Below are positions 1 through 11,498 of a stretch of DNA of 44,942 nt, in pieces; the first letter of the stretch is position 1; every line of letters begins with the position of its first letter. The DNA is from Aquificaceae bacterium. Lineage in GTDB: Bacteria > Aquificota > Aquificia > Aquificales > Aquificaceae. Both the position numbers and the translations under genes were made by a program. The notes beneath the pieces were generated by a model. The model ran no database searches. It was not told where the DNA came from and saw only the letters and a list, made by a program, of their open reading frames with translations. The DNA is taken from contig JBCNVD010000020.1 in the NCBI GenBank assembly GCA_039630345.1, positions 1 to 44,942 of the forward strand, given 5' to 3'.

Positions 1-1
1 T

Positions 2-370
2 TTATCCATCGCCATTATCTCAACTGTTGCATCAGCCCTTGGCATAACGCTCTCATACCTGATGTCTTTTACATCTATGTCAGCTATTAGCGACAAAACA
101 GCTGAGCTTTCAAGGGTTTTTAGGGGTCAGTTTTATACTGAGCATTTATATCACAGCTTCGTTGCTTTGGGTTTTTTAAGACTTTGCGCAGGTATAAGCA
201 AGTTTGTTGAAAAGCTCTTAATAGACGGGATTGTGAATGCAAGTTATAGCACAGTTAGTGCTATAGGAAACTCTTTTAGAGTTTTCCAAAGTGGCAACCT
301 CAACATATACGCCCTGATAGCTTCTTTTGGTATATTTAGCGTTCTTATACTCACTCTTTTCTGGAGGTAA
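2..370 (+). CDS. nuoL: NADH-quinone oxidoreductase subunit L, C-terminal part (5' truncated by window edge)
   Basis: Frame open from position 2; C-terminal 'IDGIVN...FQSGNLNIYAL' motif typical of NuoL; directly precedes nuoM-nuoN. Confidence 0.88.
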   Translation, partial: LSIAIISTVASALGITLSYLMSFTSMSAISDKTAELSRVFRGQFYTEHLYHSFVALGFLRLCAGISKFVEKLLIDGIVNASYSTVSAIGNSFRVFQSGNLNIYALIASFGIFSVLILTLFWR

Positions 371-372
371 GG

Positions 373-1848
373 ATGGAAGCGCTACTAAATTTAGCAATCT
401 TTATGCCACTCTTTGCTTCGATAATAGTTGCAATAGTCAGAAAAGAATCCTTTTCAAAAGCGCTGGCGCTTTTTACATCTGTGGTTGTTTTCTTAATTAC
501 CCTCGTGCTGTTTGTTGTATTTCCCTGGGATCTATCGGGTTTTCAATTCAGAACCAGAATAGACTGGATACCCCAGCTTGGGATTTCTTACCATGTAGGC
601 GTTGATGGGATGGCGATCTCTCTTTTACTCCTTACCTCCCTGGTTTTTGTAGTTGCTTATTTGTGGTCATTAAAAATAAGCTATAAACCAAATCTGTATA
701 TCGCGCTCTTTCTTGCTCTCCAGAGTGCCTGCATGGGGGTTTTCTCTTCGCTTGATTTTTTCCTGTTTTACCTCTTTTGGGAAGGGATGCTGATTCCTAT
801 GTATTACATTATTGGCATCTGGGGACATGATAGAAAAGTTTATGCAGCCAATAAGTTTTTTATCTATACATTCTTTGGCAGTCTTTTCCTGCTTCTTGGT
901 ATAGCCTCTTTGATAGTTTATGGATATATGTTAGACGGAAAGCTATCTTTTGACTATTTATATCACGCTTCAAAAACCTATCCCACTCTTTTGCAATATG
1001 CAGCTTTCATAGCCTTTGGCATTGGTTTTGCGGTAAAAGTGCCGATGTGGCCTTTTCACACATGGCTTCCTGACGCTCACGTGGAAGCCCCCACTGCAGG
1101 CTCTGTAATTCTCGCCGCAGTGCTTTTAAAGATGGGCACTTTTGGATTTGTAAGATACTCTTTAGAGCTCTTTCCAGATGCAAGCAGGGAGCTAGTTATC
1201 CTCGTATTTACTCTGAGCTTGATAAGTATCATCTATGCAGCGATGATGGCGCTTGCTCAAAACCACATAAAGAAGCTGATAGCTTACTCTTCTATAAGCC
1301 ATATGGGAATGGTAACTTTAGGGACTTTTGCGCAGGATGTTAACGCTTTAAATGGGGCAATCTTTATGATGGTAGCGCACGGACTATCCTCTGCAGCTCT
1401 TTTTATGTCAGCGGGGTTTATCTATGATAGAATCCACAGCTACAACATGGAAGACCTTGGCGGACTTGCTTCATACTTGCCAAAGCTGGCAGTTGTGTTT
1501 ATGATAGCGGGTCTTGCCGGCATAGGCTTTCCGGGGCTTGCAGGTTTCGTTGGTGAGTTTTTGATACTCTTTGGCACATTTAAAAACTTCCCCTTCTGGT
1601 CTTTCTTAGCAGGTAGCGGGATAGTTCTCTCGGCAGTTTACTTTTTACATATGTATAGAAAAACCATGTTTGAAGAGGAGAGCATCTCTGACTACAGAAA
1701 ACAAAAGTGGCAAAGCCTTAAAGACCTTGAGCCTTATCACGTTCTTAGCTTTATCATGATTCTTGCTTCTGCGTTTTTACTTGGGCTATATCCTTATCCT
1801 TTTGTCAAAACCATAGAACAAACCTCACGCTACATAATTGGAGGATAA
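373..1848 (+). CDS. nuoM: NADH-quinone oxidoreductase subunit M
   Basis: Hydrophobic 491 aa; motifs 'FYLFWEGMLIPMY', 'KVPMWPFHTWLPDAHVEAPTAGSVILAAVLLKMG', 'IAYSSISHMG'. Confidence 0.96.
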   Translation: MEALLNLAIFMPLFASIIVAIVRKESFSKALALFTSVVVFLITLVLFVVFPWDLSGFQFRTRIDWIPQLGISYHVGVDGMAISLLLLTSLVFVVAYLWSLKISYKPNLYIALFLALQSACMGVFSSLDFFLFYLFWEGMLIPMYYIIGIWGHDRKVYAANKFFIYTFFGSLFLLLGIASLIVYGYMLDGKLSFDYLYHASKTYPTLLQYAAFIAFGIGFAVKVPMWPFHTWLPDAHVEAPTAGSVILAAVLLKMGTFGFVRYSLELFPDASRELVILVFTLSLISIIYAAMMALAQNHIKKLIAYSSISHMGMVTLGTFAQDVNALNGAIFMMVAHGLSSAALFMSAGFIYDRIHSYNMEDLGGLASYLPKLAVVFMIAGLAGIGFPGLAGFVGEFLILFGTFKNFPFWSFLAGSGIVLSAVYFLHMYRKTMFEEESISDYRKQKWQSLKDLEPYHVLSFIMILASAFLLGLYPYPFVKTIEQTSRYIIGG

Positions 1849-1849
1849 G

Positions 1850-3223
1850 GTGAACTTAATAGTCCTTACCCCTGAAATAATTCTCTCTATTGGCACGCTT
1901 ATAGTGTTTATAGCGGAGCTTTTTTCCAGAAAAAAAGACTTCAGCGTACTTACTTATCTTGCAGGGGTTTTGATATTTGTAAGTTTTCTAAGTATTATCT
2001 GGACCCCTATCGGGGAAGCACTTGGCGGAATATTTGTTACAAACCAAATAACTCAGTTTCTAAAGGGGGTTATGTATCTTCTTACATTACTCTCTATAAT
2101 CTCTCTTAGCGAGTATTACAGAAAGCTAAACTCCGTATATACAGAACTCTCTTACATTATAATGTGCGCACTATTGGGTCTTTCCATACTCGTTTCATCT
2201 CAAAATCTGGTTCTTGCTTTCTTAGCACTTGAGCTTTACTCGATAAGCTCATACGTTATGATAGGGCTTTTTCGCGAGGATGTTCTTTCAAAAGAAGCGT
2301 CTTTTAAGTATTTAACTCTTGGATCTGTCGCTACCGCTTTGATCGCGCTTGGAGCTGGTTTTTATTACCTTGCAACGGGCAGTTTTGAATTAACGAGAGT
2401 GCAAAACCAAATAGGCCCTTCGGTTATTGCCTGTACTTTTTTGCTCTCGGGCATAGCGCTAAAGATTGCAGCGGTGCCTTTTCATCTTTGGACCCCGGAT
2501 ACCTACGAAGGAGCTCCAAGTCCGGTTGTTGGATTTCTCTCAAGTGTGCCTAAAGTCGCTCTGTTTGGTTTTATGCTTAGTTTGGTTGATGTATTTGGAT
2601 CTTTGAATCAGTGGCAGCTTATGTTATCTACGCTTGCGATTCTCTCTAGCGTTTATGCAAATTTAACCGCCTATGCACAGCGCTCGGTAAAGAGGTTGCT
2701 TGCTTATTCCTCTATAGCTCACGCAGGCTACTTTTTGCTGGCACTTGTGGACAATAGTCAAAACCTAAAGACTGCGCTGATTTTCTATATAACTGTCTAT
2801 TCTTTTGCAACTCTGGGCACTTTTATGGCCATGGGAGTATTGGAGGAAAAAAGAGAGTTCAACCATCACATTCTTGACTACAGGGGTTTATACAAGACAA
2901 GGCCCGGGATATCAGTTATACTGGCAATTTTCCTGTTTGCCTTTATTGGTCTTCCGCCATTCGCTCTATTTTTTGGAAAATTCTGGCTTTTACTGGGATT
3001 GCTATCTGCAGGTCAGTATATTCTTGCAATAGCTTTGCTGATAACGAGCTTAATAGGAGCAGGATACTATTTGAAATTGATAGTAAATATGTTTCTATCT
3101 GAGTCTTCAACTATGCTAAAGGGCAGGCGAATTTCCGGAGGAGAAGCAATTGGCTTTTTTATATGCCTATTGATTGTAATGTCTTTAGGGCTATTCCCTC
3201 AAGTCATCCTGACTTTGTTATGA
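1850..3223 (+). CDS. nuoN: NADH-quinone oxidoreductase subunit N
   Basis: 'EASFKY', 'KIAAVPFHLWTPDTYEGAPSP', 'KRLLAYSSIAHAGY'; GTG at 1850 follows GGAGGA and the nuoM stop, so it is preferred over TTG 1838. Confidence 0.94.
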   Translation: MNLIVLTPEIILSIGTLIVFIAELFSRKKDFSVLTYLAGVLIFVSFLSIIWTPIGEALGGIFVTNQITQFLKGVMYLLTLLSIISLSEYYRKLNSVYTELSYIIMCALLGLSILVSSQNLVLAFLALELYSISSYVMIGLFREDVLSKEASFKYLTLGSVATALIALGAGFYYLATGSFELTRVQNQIGPSVIACTFLLSGIALKIAAVPFHLWTPDTYEGAPSPVVGFLSSVPKVALFGFMLSLVDVFGSLNQWQLMLSTLAILSSVYANLTAYAQRSVKRLLAYSSIAHAGYFLLALVDNSQNLKTALIFYITVYSFATLGTFMAMGVLEEKREFNHHILDYRGLYKTRPGISVILAIFLFAFIGLPPFALFFGKFWLLLGLLSAGQYILAIALLITSLIGAGYYLKLIVNMFLSESSTMLKGRRISGGEAIGFFICLLIVMSLGLFPQVILTLL

Positions 3224-3855
3224 TTAATTTAGAGAGTTTTTCTGTCGGACCTCTTGGGGTTAACACAAGCCTTATATTTAATCAAAACAGGGCAATAGTT
3301 ATAGACCCGGGGGCAGAGACTGAGAAAATACTCAAAGCCCTCAACGGCAGGGAAGTAAGCGCGATAATAGCAACACACGGACACATAGACCACATAGGGC
3401 AGGTCAGGACCATAAAAAGCCTCACAAACGCGCCTTTTTACATGCATCCAGAGGATATAAAACTTCTTCAAAACACGCTCTGGGACGGATTTGACACTCT
3501 TGTTGGTGCAAACCTCCCCTGTCCTGAGCCGGATGTTGAGCTAAAAGACCAAATGGTTATAAACTTCGAAGGCATAGAGCTTTTGATTTTGCACTCTCCC
3601 GGGCATTCGCCCGGCCTTTGCTGTATTTACTGCCCATCAGAGAAATTCTTAATAGCCGGGGATTTGCTATTTAGAGGCTCAGTAGGCAGGTGGGATTTAC
3701 CCTACTCAAGCCTTGAAGACCTCAGAAACTCTCTAAAGAGGATTTTAAATCAGCTCCCTGACGACACAAAGGTAATAACAGGTCACGGACCTTCGACCAC
3801 CATAGGCTTTGAGAAAAGGACCAACCAATTGCTTCTTGAACTTACTGGATACTGA
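3220..3855 (+). CDS. MBL-fold metallo-hydrolase (glyoxalase II/YcbL-like)
   Basis: THGHIDHIG, PGHSPG, GDLLF and GHGP motifs; ATG 3220 forms an ATGA overlap with the nuoN stop. Confidence 0.9.
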   Translation: MINLESFSVGPLGVNTSLIFNQNRAIVIDPGAETEKILKALNGREVSAIIATHGHIDHIGQVRTIKSLTNAPFYMHPEDIKLLQNTLWDGFDTLVGANLPCPEPDVELKDQMVINFEGIELLILHSPGHSPGLCCIYCPSEKFLIAGDLLFRGSVGRWDLPYSSLEDLRNSLKRILNQLPDDTKVITGHGPSTTIGFEKRTNQLLLELTGY

Positions 3856-4210
3856 CAATCCACTCGGCTAACTTTTTGGCTTCTTCTTCGGTCACATTCT
3901 GAGGGGGCATAGGCACACTTCCCCACTTACCAGAACCACCGTTTTTTATGCTCTTTGCAAGCTCATCTATAGACCCTGTGATACCTGCATATTTGGCGGC
4001 AACATCCTTAAAGGCAGGTCCGACCTTTTTGGCATTGACATCATGGCAGGCAAGACATCCTTTCTGAGAAGCGAGCGCTGCGCGCTCATCCTGAGGCGCT
4101 TTTGCCTGGGCTGGCTTGGCGCTTTCCTGGGTCGCTGGCGCTTGATGCTTTGGTTTTTGCTGGCAAGAAAAGAGAAAAGCCAAAATTCCAATTAAAAATA
4201 GCTTTCTCAT
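3842..4210 (-). CDS. Class I cytochrome c (c551/c552 family), lipoprotein-anchored
   Basis: CLACH haem motif; 'KKVGPAF...WGSVPMPPQ' with axial Met; N-terminal lipobox LFSC followed by a Q/P/A/K linker. Confidence 0.93.
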   Translation of the reverse strand: MRKLFLIGILAFLFSCQQKPKHQAPATQESAKPAQAKAPQDERAALASQKGCLACHDVNAKKVGPAFKDVAAKYAGITGSIDELAKSIKNGGSGKWGSVPMPPQNVTEEEAKKLAEWIVSIQ

Positions 4211-4242
4211 CTTTAACCCCCGAAAGATTTTAAAATAAAATG

Positions 4243-4701
4243 ATGCTTGGCATTCACGAAATTACCAAAATATTGCCCCACAGGTATCCGCTACTTTTAA
4301 TCGATAGAGTTATTGAGATAAAGCCTGGCGAGAGCATTACCGCAATAAAATGTGTCAGTGTCAACGAGCCATTTTTTCAGGGGCACTTTCCTTCTTTTCC
4401 TATGATGCCGGGCGTTTACATCCTTGAAGCAATGGCGCAGGCGGGCGGGATTTTGATGATAGTTTCTTTAAACCTTGATACTCAAAAAACAGGCGTATTT
4501 TTCGCAGGGGTGGAAGATGCGAAGTTTCGAATACCTGTTTTTCCGGGTGATAGATTGGTTCTTGAGCTTAAATCGATTTCTCTTAAAAGAAGTCTTTCAA
4601 AGATGAAGGCAAAGGCGATTGTGGAAGAAAATATCGTCGCTGAAGCAACTCTTACCGCAGTTGCAAGGGACATAAATCAAATTGTTAAAAGAAGTAAATG
4701 A
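4243..4701 (+). CDS. fabZ: 3-hydroxyacyl-ACP dehydratase
   Basis: '[12 protein letters not shown]', '[10 protein letters not shown]...[12 protein letters not shown]'; start is ATG 4240 or 4243. Confidence 0.96.
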   Translation: MLGIHEITKILPHRYPLLLIDRVIEIKPGESITAIKCVSVNEPFFQGHFPSFPMMPGVYILEAMAQAGGILMIVSLNLDTQKTGVFFAGVEDAKFRIPVFPGDRLVLELKSISLKRSLSKMKAKAIVEENIVAEATLTAVARDINQIVKRSK

Positions 4702-4731
4702 AGCTATATTAAACCTTATAAGGAGGTAAAT

Positions 4732-5214
4732 ATGAGAAGCGCCCTGCTTGCGATGTTTACTCTGGCAGCGATTGCTTCGGAGGGGGTGCCGTTTTTAAAG
4801 CCTTCTTTGTTAAACCTTAAAGAAGAAGTTCAGGAAGCAAAAAAAGAGGGCAAGATGTTAATAGTTATGTTCCACAGAGACGGGTGCCCTGCCTGTGAGA
4901 GGATAAGAGAAAATATGAAAGAAAAGCAGGTCGTTGAATACTTTAAACCAAGGTTTAATATGATTCAGGTAGACATATTTTCAAGCGCGGAACTGACATC
5001 TCCTGATGGTAAAAAACTAACTGAGAAGTCCTTTTCTCAAAGTCTTGGTGTGAGAGCAACCCCAACGCTAATTTTTTATGACCAGAATGGGTCAGTAGCT
5101 CTTACTCTGGCAGGTCCTCTTGATAGCAAGACTTTATTAACTGCGGGTAAGTTTGTAGCAGAGGGGCATTACAGGTCAAAATCCTTTGCCCAGTTTTTAA
5201 AAGAATCAAATTAG
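4732..5214 (+). CDS. Exported thioredoxin-fold protein (SoxW-like)
   Basis: Signal peptide, CPAC motif, 'GVRATPTLIF' cis-Pro loop; strong AAGGAGG RBS; adjacent to ccdA. Confidence 0.8.
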   Translation: MRSALLAMFTLAAIASEGVPFLKPSLLNLKEEVQEAKKEGKMLIVMFHRDGCPACERIRENMKEKQVVEYFKPRFNMIQVDIFSSAELTSPDGKKLTEKSFSQSLGVRATPTLIFYDQNGSVALTLAGPLDSKTLLTAGKFVAEGHYRSKSFAQFLKESN

Positions 5215-6051
5215 ATGCAGGAAGTTTCTCTTATTGCAAGTTTTATAGCAGGGCTTTTGTCGTTTTTATCCCCTTGCGTTTTACCCATAGTGCCGGGTTA
5301 TATATCCTACATCTCAGGGGTAAGTTTTCAGCAAGCATCCGAGCAAAGGGGTTTTAACTCAAAGGCTTTTATATCATCTGTTTTGTTCGTTCTTGGGTTT
5401 TCAGTTGCTTTTAGCGCAATGGGCGCAACTGCCACGACCATAGGCTCATTTTTAAAAGAGTATCAGGACTTTATTACCAAAGTAGGCGGTGCGATAGTGG
5501 TGTTTTTTGGGCTTCACTTCTCCGGGCTTTTACTGAACGAAGAGTTCAAAAAAATCTCTATTGCAGTAGCGAGTGCTTTTATGGGTCTATTTGCAATGGG
5601 GTTTTTAGATAGAGAGCTCTTTGGCACATTTGCGGGAATATTTTTTATAAACTTGGCTCTGGTTTTACTAGAAGTTGATAAGGCCCTTTATAATCAGCTA
5701 AGGGGCGAATCTTCCAAAAAGGTTGCGGGACTTGGTGCTTTTTTAATGGGGCTTTTGTTTGCCTTTGGCTGGAGTCCTTGCATAGGTCCTGTCCTTGGGG
5801 CGATACTGATATACGCATCTTCGCAGGAAACTGCCATTCATGGTGCGATGCTTTTACTGTCTTACTCCATGGGTCTTGGGCTTCCTTTTATCATAGCTGG
5901 AGGTCTTATATCCGGCTTTTTGGGCTTTGTAAAGAGCTTTAGTAAGTACTTCCCTGTGGTTGAGGCTATAGGCGGGATTTTGCTGATAGTTGCGGGTATT
6001 GGAATAAGCACTGGCAAACTTGCAGAGCTCTCTCTCTTACTTGGCTCATGA
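5215..6051 (+). CDS. ccdA: Cytochrome c biogenesis protein CcdA (DsbD transmembrane domain)
   Basis: 'GLLSFLSPCVLPIVPGY' and 'FGWSPCIGPVLG' Pro-Cys motifs; multi-pass membrane protein. Confidence 0.9.
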   Translation: MQEVSLIASFIAGLLSFLSPCVLPIVPGYISYISGVSFQQASEQRGFNSKAFISSVLFVLGFSVAFSAMGATATTIGSFLKEYQDFITKVGGAIVVFFGLHFSGLLLNEEFKKISIAVASAFMGLFAMGFLDRELFGTFAGIFFINLALVLLEVDKALYNQLRGESSKKVAGLGAFLMGLLFAFGWSPCIGPVLGAILIYASSQETAIHGAMLLLSYSMGLGLPFIIAGGLISGFLGFVKSFSKYFPVVEAIGGILLIVAGIGISTGKLAELSLLLGS

Positions 6052-6674
6052 AATTAGGCGTTTTAAACTACGGCGCAGGTAATGTAGGGTCTGTTTTAAA
6101 TTCCCTTAGCGCCATATCAGTAGATGCAAAAGTCATCTCAGAGCCAAAAGAGATTGCAACCTTGGATGCCCTTGTGGTGCCCGGGGTCGGTGCTTTTTCA
6201 AAGGCCATAAATAACTTAAGAGCTTCCGGTCTTGACAGGGCTATAGTAGAGTTTGTAAAAGACGGCGGATACTACCTTGGGATATGCCTTGGCTTGCAGA
6301 TTCTCTTTGAAGAGAGCCTGGAGTTTGAAAAATCAGAGGGACTTAAATTAATTAAAGGAAAGGTTATAAAACTTCCAGATAGTCAAAAACTTCCGCACAT
6401 TGGCTGGAACAGCGTAAAAATTCTTAAAAAAAGCCTACTCTTTGAAGGAATAGAGGACTTATCTTACTTTTATTTCGTGCATTCATATAGAGCAAATACA
6501 TCTAAGGAACACGTTATAGCAACGAGTTTTTACGGAGAGGAGTTTCCTTCCGCGATTGAAAAAGACAACATCTTTGCAGTTCAGTTTCACCCTGAAAAGA
6601 GCGACATTAAGGGCTTAAAATTGCTTAAGAACTTTGTGGAGATTGCCCTTGCCAAAGCTTTGCATAGCTCTTGA
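6048..6674 (+). CDS. hisH: Imidazole glycerol phosphate synthase, glutaminase subunit
   Basis: PGVGAF, GICLGLQ, PHIGWN, YFVHSY and QFHPEKS motifs. Confidence 0.97.
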   Translation: MKLGVLNYGAGNVGSVLNSLSAISVDAKVISEPKEIATLDALVVPGVGAFSKAINNLRASGLDRAIVEFVKDGGYYLGICLGLQILFEESLEFEKSEGLKLIKGKVIKLPDSQKLPHIGWNSVKILKKSLLFEGIEDLSYFYFVHSYRANTSKEHVIATSFYGEEFPSAIEKDNIFAVQFHPEKSDIKGLKLLKNFVEIALAKALHSS

Positions 6675-7302
6675 CACCAGTATTGCCCAGGCGCTTGAGC
6701 TCATTGATGGGCTTAGGGGTTATCCCGTGGTTTTTAAGGTAGGTTATAGACTTTTTATAAGCCATCACAGAAATATAGTTGATGCAGTTAAAGAGGCAGG
6801 TTTTGAACTTTTCTTGGATTTAAAGCTAAACGACATTCCAAACACGATGCGAGAAGCCACAGTTAGCGTAAAAGACCTTGGGGCTGATTATTTAACTCTT
6901 CATACGCTTGCTGGCTTTAGTGCCCTTAGAGAGTGCGTGCAGGTAAAATCAAGGCTGAAGCTAATAGGGGTAACTGTTCTTACGAGTCTTTCAGAAGAGG
7001 ACATGGAAGAAATCGGGCTCTGTCAGGATTCTAAAAGGTTTCTTGCAACTTTGGCCCAAAGGGCAGGTCTTGACGGCATAGTCTGTTCGGGAAAAGAGCT
7101 GGAAGAGTTTAAAGACATAAACCTTATGAAAGTCGTTGCTGGAGTGAGACTTAGTGAAGATAGTCCTCATGACCAGAAGAGAGTCGTATCCCTTGAAGAG
7201 GCTATTAACCTTGGGGCTGACATGATAGTTATGGGAAGGTCTATATTACTATCTCAAAGCCCTATCAAAACCATTGACAAAATCCTTATGACTATCTCAT
7301 GA
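6649..7302 (+). CDS. pyrF: Orotidine-5'-phosphate decarboxylase
   Basis: 'IALD', '[12 protein letters not shown]', 'DQKRV', 'VMGRSI'; TTG 6649 follows GGAG (start approximate). Confidence 0.93.
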   Translation: MPKLCIALDTSIAQALELIDGLRGYPVVFKVGYRLFISHHRNIVDAVKEAGFELFLDLKLNDIPNTMREATVSVKDLGADYLTLHTLAGFSALRECVQVKSRLKLIGVTVLTSLSEEDMEEIGLCQDSKRFLATLAQRAGLDGIVCSGKELEEFKDINLMKVVAGVRLSEDSPHDQKRVVSLEEAINLGADMIVMGRSILLSQSPIKTIDKILMTIS

Positions 7303-7315
7303 TAAAATAACAAGT

Positions 7316-9574
7316 ATGAAAACTTTTGCCTTTGGATATCCAAAACTTGGCGAAAAGAGAGAGTTTAAATCCTTAGTTGAAGATTACTGGAAGGGTAAAA
7401 TCTCAGAAGAGGATTTGCTATCTGGCATAAACTTAATAGAGCGCTCTATTGCAAACACCTACAAGGCTTTTGTTGATTTCTTTCCCGCGGGGGAGGTCTC
7501 ACTTTATGATTTTGTGCTCGATAGTGCAATAGGACTTGGGGTAATTCCCGATAGGTTCAAACCCTTTGAAGGTCTAAGGACTTACTTCAAAATGGCGCGC
7601 GGTAAAGGCGCGCTTGAGATGACAAAATACTTTAACACCAACTATCACTACCTTGTTCCAGAGCTTGAAGGTAAAGATTTGACGCCAAATCCTGAGTTTT
7701 TAACTGCCAGCTTCAAAAGACTCAAAGACATAAGCGGGGTAAAACCAAAGCTCATAGGTCCTTTTACATTTTTAAAGCTTTCAAAGGCTTTGCAAAAATC
7801 AGATAGCTCTGGCTTTGGAGTATTTAATTTAGAGCCTATCAAAAGCAAAGATGTCGCAGAGCTTTATTTAGAGCCGATATTAAACGCCTACGGGGAGATT
7901 TTAGGGGTGCTTCGCGCCGAAGGCGCGGATTTGGTAATTTTTGAAGAACCGGCTTTTTGTATGGATTTGCAAGAGTGGGAATGGGATTTAATCTCTGAGA
8001 TTTACCAGAAGCTCAAAGATCACAGGCTATGGGTGCTTAGTTATTACGATTCTGTTTCTGATCTAAAGAGGTTTATGGATTTGCCAGTTGAGGGGATAGG
8101 GCTTGATTTTTGTTCAAATGCCGAGAATTTGGAAAATCTCCTAAAGCTGGGATTTAGCAATGAAAAGACCCTTATTGCCGGGGTAATTAACGGAAGAAAT
8201 GTCTGGCGCGCAAACTTGAAAGAAAAGCTGGAATTAATTGAGAAGCTTTCGAAGATTTCGCAGAACATTGTTATTTCTAATTCTTGTCCTCTTTTCCATG
8301 TGCCTATAAGTGTAAAAGTAGAGGACTCTTTGCCAGATGGACTTGAAAAGATTCTTGCGTTTGCAAAAGAGAAACTGGAGGAGCTAAATATCCTCAAAAG
8401 AGCCCTTGAGGGTGAGAAGGACTCACTAGAAGAGCTTCCGGAACTGAATATAGGTTATGATCAAGCCGTTAGGGAGAGGCTAAAGGCTTTGAAAGACGAG
8501 GACTTTGTAAGAGAACCATACTCAAAAAGGGCAGAGATTCAGAAAAAAATCCTTGGCTTTGATAGCTTTCCAACCACCACGATAGGGTCTTTTCCGCAAA
8601 CTCAGGAGCTTAGAAAAGTAAGGAGTGATTTTAGTGCAGGCAAAATAAGCAAAGAAGAATACAGCTCTTTTGTCAAGGAGCTTATAAAAGACGCCATTAA
8701 AAAGCAGGAAGAGCTGGGACTTGACGCCTTGGTTCATGGGGAGTTTGAAAGGTCTGATATGGTTGAGTTTTTCGCCCAGAGATTAAAAGGGGTTGCAACT
8801 ACAAAGCACGGCTGGATAATATCCTACGGTTCAAGGGTTTATAGACCTCCAATAATTTATGGTGATATCAGCAGACCAGAGCCAATGACTCTGGATGAGA
8901 TTTTATATGCCCAGTCTCTTACTCAAAAACCCGTTAAGGGTATGCTAACTGGTCCTGTGACGATACTAAACTGGAGCTTTGTAAGAGAGGATGTTCCAAA
9001 GGAGGTGGTAGCTCTAGAGCTTGCACTTGCCATACACGACGAGGTTAAAGACCTTGAGGAAAAAGGGATTAAGATAATTCAGATAGATGAGCCTGCATTT
9101 AGAGAAGGCGCACCTTTAAAGAAAAAAGACTGGCCTGAATATTTTAGATGGGCAGTAAAAGCCTTTAGACTCTGCTCAAGGGCAAAACCAGAGACTCAAA
9201 TACATACTCATATGTGCTATAGTGAGTTTAACGACATTCTTGAATATATATACGAGCTTGATTTTGATGTTATATCAATAGAGGCTTCAAGGAGCAAGGG
9301 TGAGATTCTCTCTGCTTTTGAAAACTTCAAAGGCTGGGATAGGCAAATAGGCATAGGGGTTTATGATATTCACTCTCCTGAAATACCTGATAAAGAGGGT
9401 ATGAAACAGATTTTAAAGAGGGCAATGTCCGTGCTTGACAAGGAGCTTCTGTGGGTTAATCCAGACTGCGGTCTCAAAACCAGAAACTGGCAGGAAGTTA
9501 TCCCTTCGCTTAGAAACATGGTAGATGTCGCCATCGAGCTAAGAAACTCTAATGAAAAGAGAACTGATAATTAA
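7316..9574 (+). CDS. metE: Cobalamin-independent methionine synthase
   Basis: '[16 protein letters not shown]', '[11 protein letters not shown]', 'HTHMCYSEF', '[11 protein letters not shown]'. Confidence 0.98.
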   Translation: MKTFAFGYPKLGEKREFKSLVEDYWKGKISEEDLLSGINLIERSIANTYKAFVDFFPAGEVSLYDFVLDSAIGLGVIPDRFKPFEGLRTYFKMARGKGALEMTKYFNTNYHYLVPELEGKDLTPNPEFLTASFKRLKDISGVKPKLIGPFTFLKLSKALQKSDSSGFGVFNLEPIKSKDVAELYLEPILNAYGEILGVLRAEGADLVIFEEPAFCMDLQEWEWDLISEIYQKLKDHRLWVLSYYDSVSDLKRFMDLPVEGIGLDFCSNAENLENLLKLGFSNEKTLIAGVINGRNVWRANLKEKLELIEKLSKISQNIVISNSCPLFHVPISVKVEDSLPDGLEKILAFAKEKLEELNILKRALEGEKDSLEELPELNIGYDQAVRERLKALKDEDFVREPYSKRAEIQKKILGFDSFPTTTIGSFPQTQELRKVRSDFSAGKISKEEYSSFVKELIKDAIKKQEELGLDALVHGEFERSDMVEFFAQRLKGVATTKHGWIISYGSRVYRPPIIYGDISRPEPMTLDEILYAQSLTQKPVKGMLTGPVTILNWSFVREDVPKEVVALELALAIHDEVKDLEEKGIKIIQIDEPAFREGAPLKKKDWPEYFRWAVKAFRLCSRAKPETQIHTHMCYSEFNDILEYIYELDFDVISIEASRSKGEILSAFENFKGWDRQIGIGVYDIHSPEIPDKEGMKQILKRAMSVLDKELLWVNPDCGLKTRNWQEVIPSLRNMVDVAIELRNSNEKRTDN

Positions 9575-11498
9575 CGCAATAAGAGCTCTTAGCATAGACC
9601 AGGTAGAGAGGGCAAAGTCCGGGCATCCCGGAATGCCCCTTGGGGCCTCGCACATAATTTATCTGCTTTACGATAAGTTTATAAGATTTAATCCCCTAGA
9701 CCCAAAGTGGTTCAACAGAGACAGGTTCGTTCTATCCGCAGGGCATGCAAGCGCGATGCTCTATGCAACGCTTTATGTTATGGGCTATGACATAACTATT
9801 GAGGATTTAAAGTCTTTTAGACAACTTGATAGCAAAACGCCGGGTCATCCTGAGAGCTTTTTAACCCCGGGGGTAGAGGCAACCACAGGACCTTTAGGTC
9901 AGGGACTTGCAAACGCAGTCGGCATGGCGCTTGCAGAAAAATACCTTAGAGAACTCTTTGAAAAGAGAGGACACAAAATCATAGACCACAGAACCTTTGC
10001 CCTTGTTAGCGACGGGGACTTAATGGAAGGCATATCCTCAGAAGCTATTCAGCTAGCAGGTCATATGTGCCTTGATAGGCTTTTGGTTATATGGGATAAT
10101 AACGGAGTTAGCATAGACGGTCCTACATCTCTTGCTTGGTCTGAAGATGTTTTAAAGAGGTTCGAGGCAAATAACTGGTATGTAGAGAGTATTGAAGATG
10201 GCTACGACCTTGACAATCTCGAAAGAGCTATAGAAAGAGCAATTTCAAAAGGAAAGCCTTCCTTTCTGGCAGTTAAGACAAAAATAGGCTATATGTCCCC
10301 GCTTGAGGGTACAAACTCAGTCCACGGTGCCCCACTTGGACCAGAAAGGGCTCAGAAAACAAAAGAAAACCTCGGCTGGAGCTTTGATCCTTTTGAAATT
10401 CCTCAGGAGGTTTTAAACTACCGCCAGAGAAAAATTCAGGAAGGCCAAAGACTTCAAAACCTTTGGCAAAAGGAGCTTGAAAACCTAAGGAGCAAAAGCG
10501 AAGAGGACTATAACCTCCTTGAGCGCATCATCGCAGGCGAAATACCAAAAGAGATATTTAAAGACCTGCCACAGTTTAGCGAAGAAATGGCAACAAGGCA
10601 GGCAAATCAAAAAGTGCTTTCTTATCTAAGTTTAAAACTCACGGAGCTAATAGGCGGCTCTGCGGACCTCTCTGAATCAACAGGCGTTCACATAAAAGAT
10701 AGCCAAAAGGTTATAAATTTTGGCGTAAGAGAGCACGCAATGGGCGCAATACTAAACGGTATAGCCTATCACGGAGGGCTTTTGCCTTATGGCTCTACAT
10801 TTCTGGTCTTTTCTGACTATATGAGAACGCCCATTCGCTTAGCTTCCATGAGTGGACTTAAGGTTATTTACATCTTTAGCCACGATTCTATAGCCCTTGG
10901 TGAGGATGGACCAACTCACCAGCCTGTAGAGCATCTGTGGTCTTTGAGGCTGATTCCAAACCTGTATGTTATAAGACCTGCTGATGCGAACGAGGTTGCT
11001 TATGCATGGCAAATAGCCCTTGAGCGTCAAGATGGTCCAAGCGCAATAGTGCTAACTAGGCAAAAGCTCCCTCTCATAGACAGAACCAAGTTTCCACCCG
11101 CAAGCAATGTTTTAAAGGGTGCTTATTCTCTGATAGAGGACGAAAACCCACAGCTAATTATCTTTGCCACAGGCTCTGAAGTGCATCTTGCAATAGATTG
11201 CGCTTTAAAACTTAGAGAATCAGGAACTAAACTAAAACTCGTAAATATGGTATGCATTGAACTGTTTTTGACTCAGTCCCAAGATTACATAGACAAAGTT
11301 CTTGCTAAAGAGATTAAAAAGAGAGTCGCTATAGAAGCAGGCGCAAGCGCTCCATGGCATAGATTCGTCGGTATGGATGGTTTAGTTATAGGTCTTGATA
11401 ATTACGGTAAGTCAGCTCCGATGAAAGATGTTCTTGAGCACTTTGGCTTTACCCAAGAAAAGATTCTGGATTCTATAAAAGACTATCTTAAAAGATAA
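9552..11498 (+). CDS. tkt: Transketolase
   Basis: 'SGHPGMPLG', '[13 protein letters not shown]', 'DGDLMEG', 'GVREHAM', 'GEDGPTHQP'. Confidence 0.98.
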   Translation: MKRELIINAIRALSIDQVERAKSGHPGMPLGASHIIYLLYDKFIRFNPLDPKWFNRDRFVLSAGHASAMLYATLYVMGYDITIEDLKSFRQLDSKTPGHPESFLTPGVEATTGPLGQGLANAVGMALAEKYLRELFEKRGHKIIDHRTFALVSDGDLMEGISSEAIQLAGHMCLDRLLVIWDNNGVSIDGPTSLAWSEDVLKRFEANNWYVESIEDGYDLDNLERAIERAISKGKPSFLAVKTKIGYMSPLEGTNSVHGAPLGPERAQKTKENLGWSFDPFEIPQEVLNYRQRKIQEGQRLQNLWQKELENLRSKSEEDYNLLERIIAGEIPKEIFKDLPQFSEEMATRQANQKVLSYLSLKLTELIGGSADLSESTGVHIKDSQKVINFGVREHAMGAILNGIAYHGGLLPYGSTFLVFSDYMRTPIRLASMSGLKVIYIFSHDSIALGEDGPTHQPVEHLWSLRLIPNLYVIRPADANEVAYAWQIALERQDGPSAIVLTRQKLPLIDRTKFPPASNVLKGAYSLIEDENPQLIIFATGSEVHLAIDCALKLRESGTKLKLVNMVCIELFLTQSQDYIDKVLAKEIKKRVAIEAGASAPWHRFVGMDGLVIGLDNYGKSAPMKDVLEHFGFTQEKILDSIKDYLKR

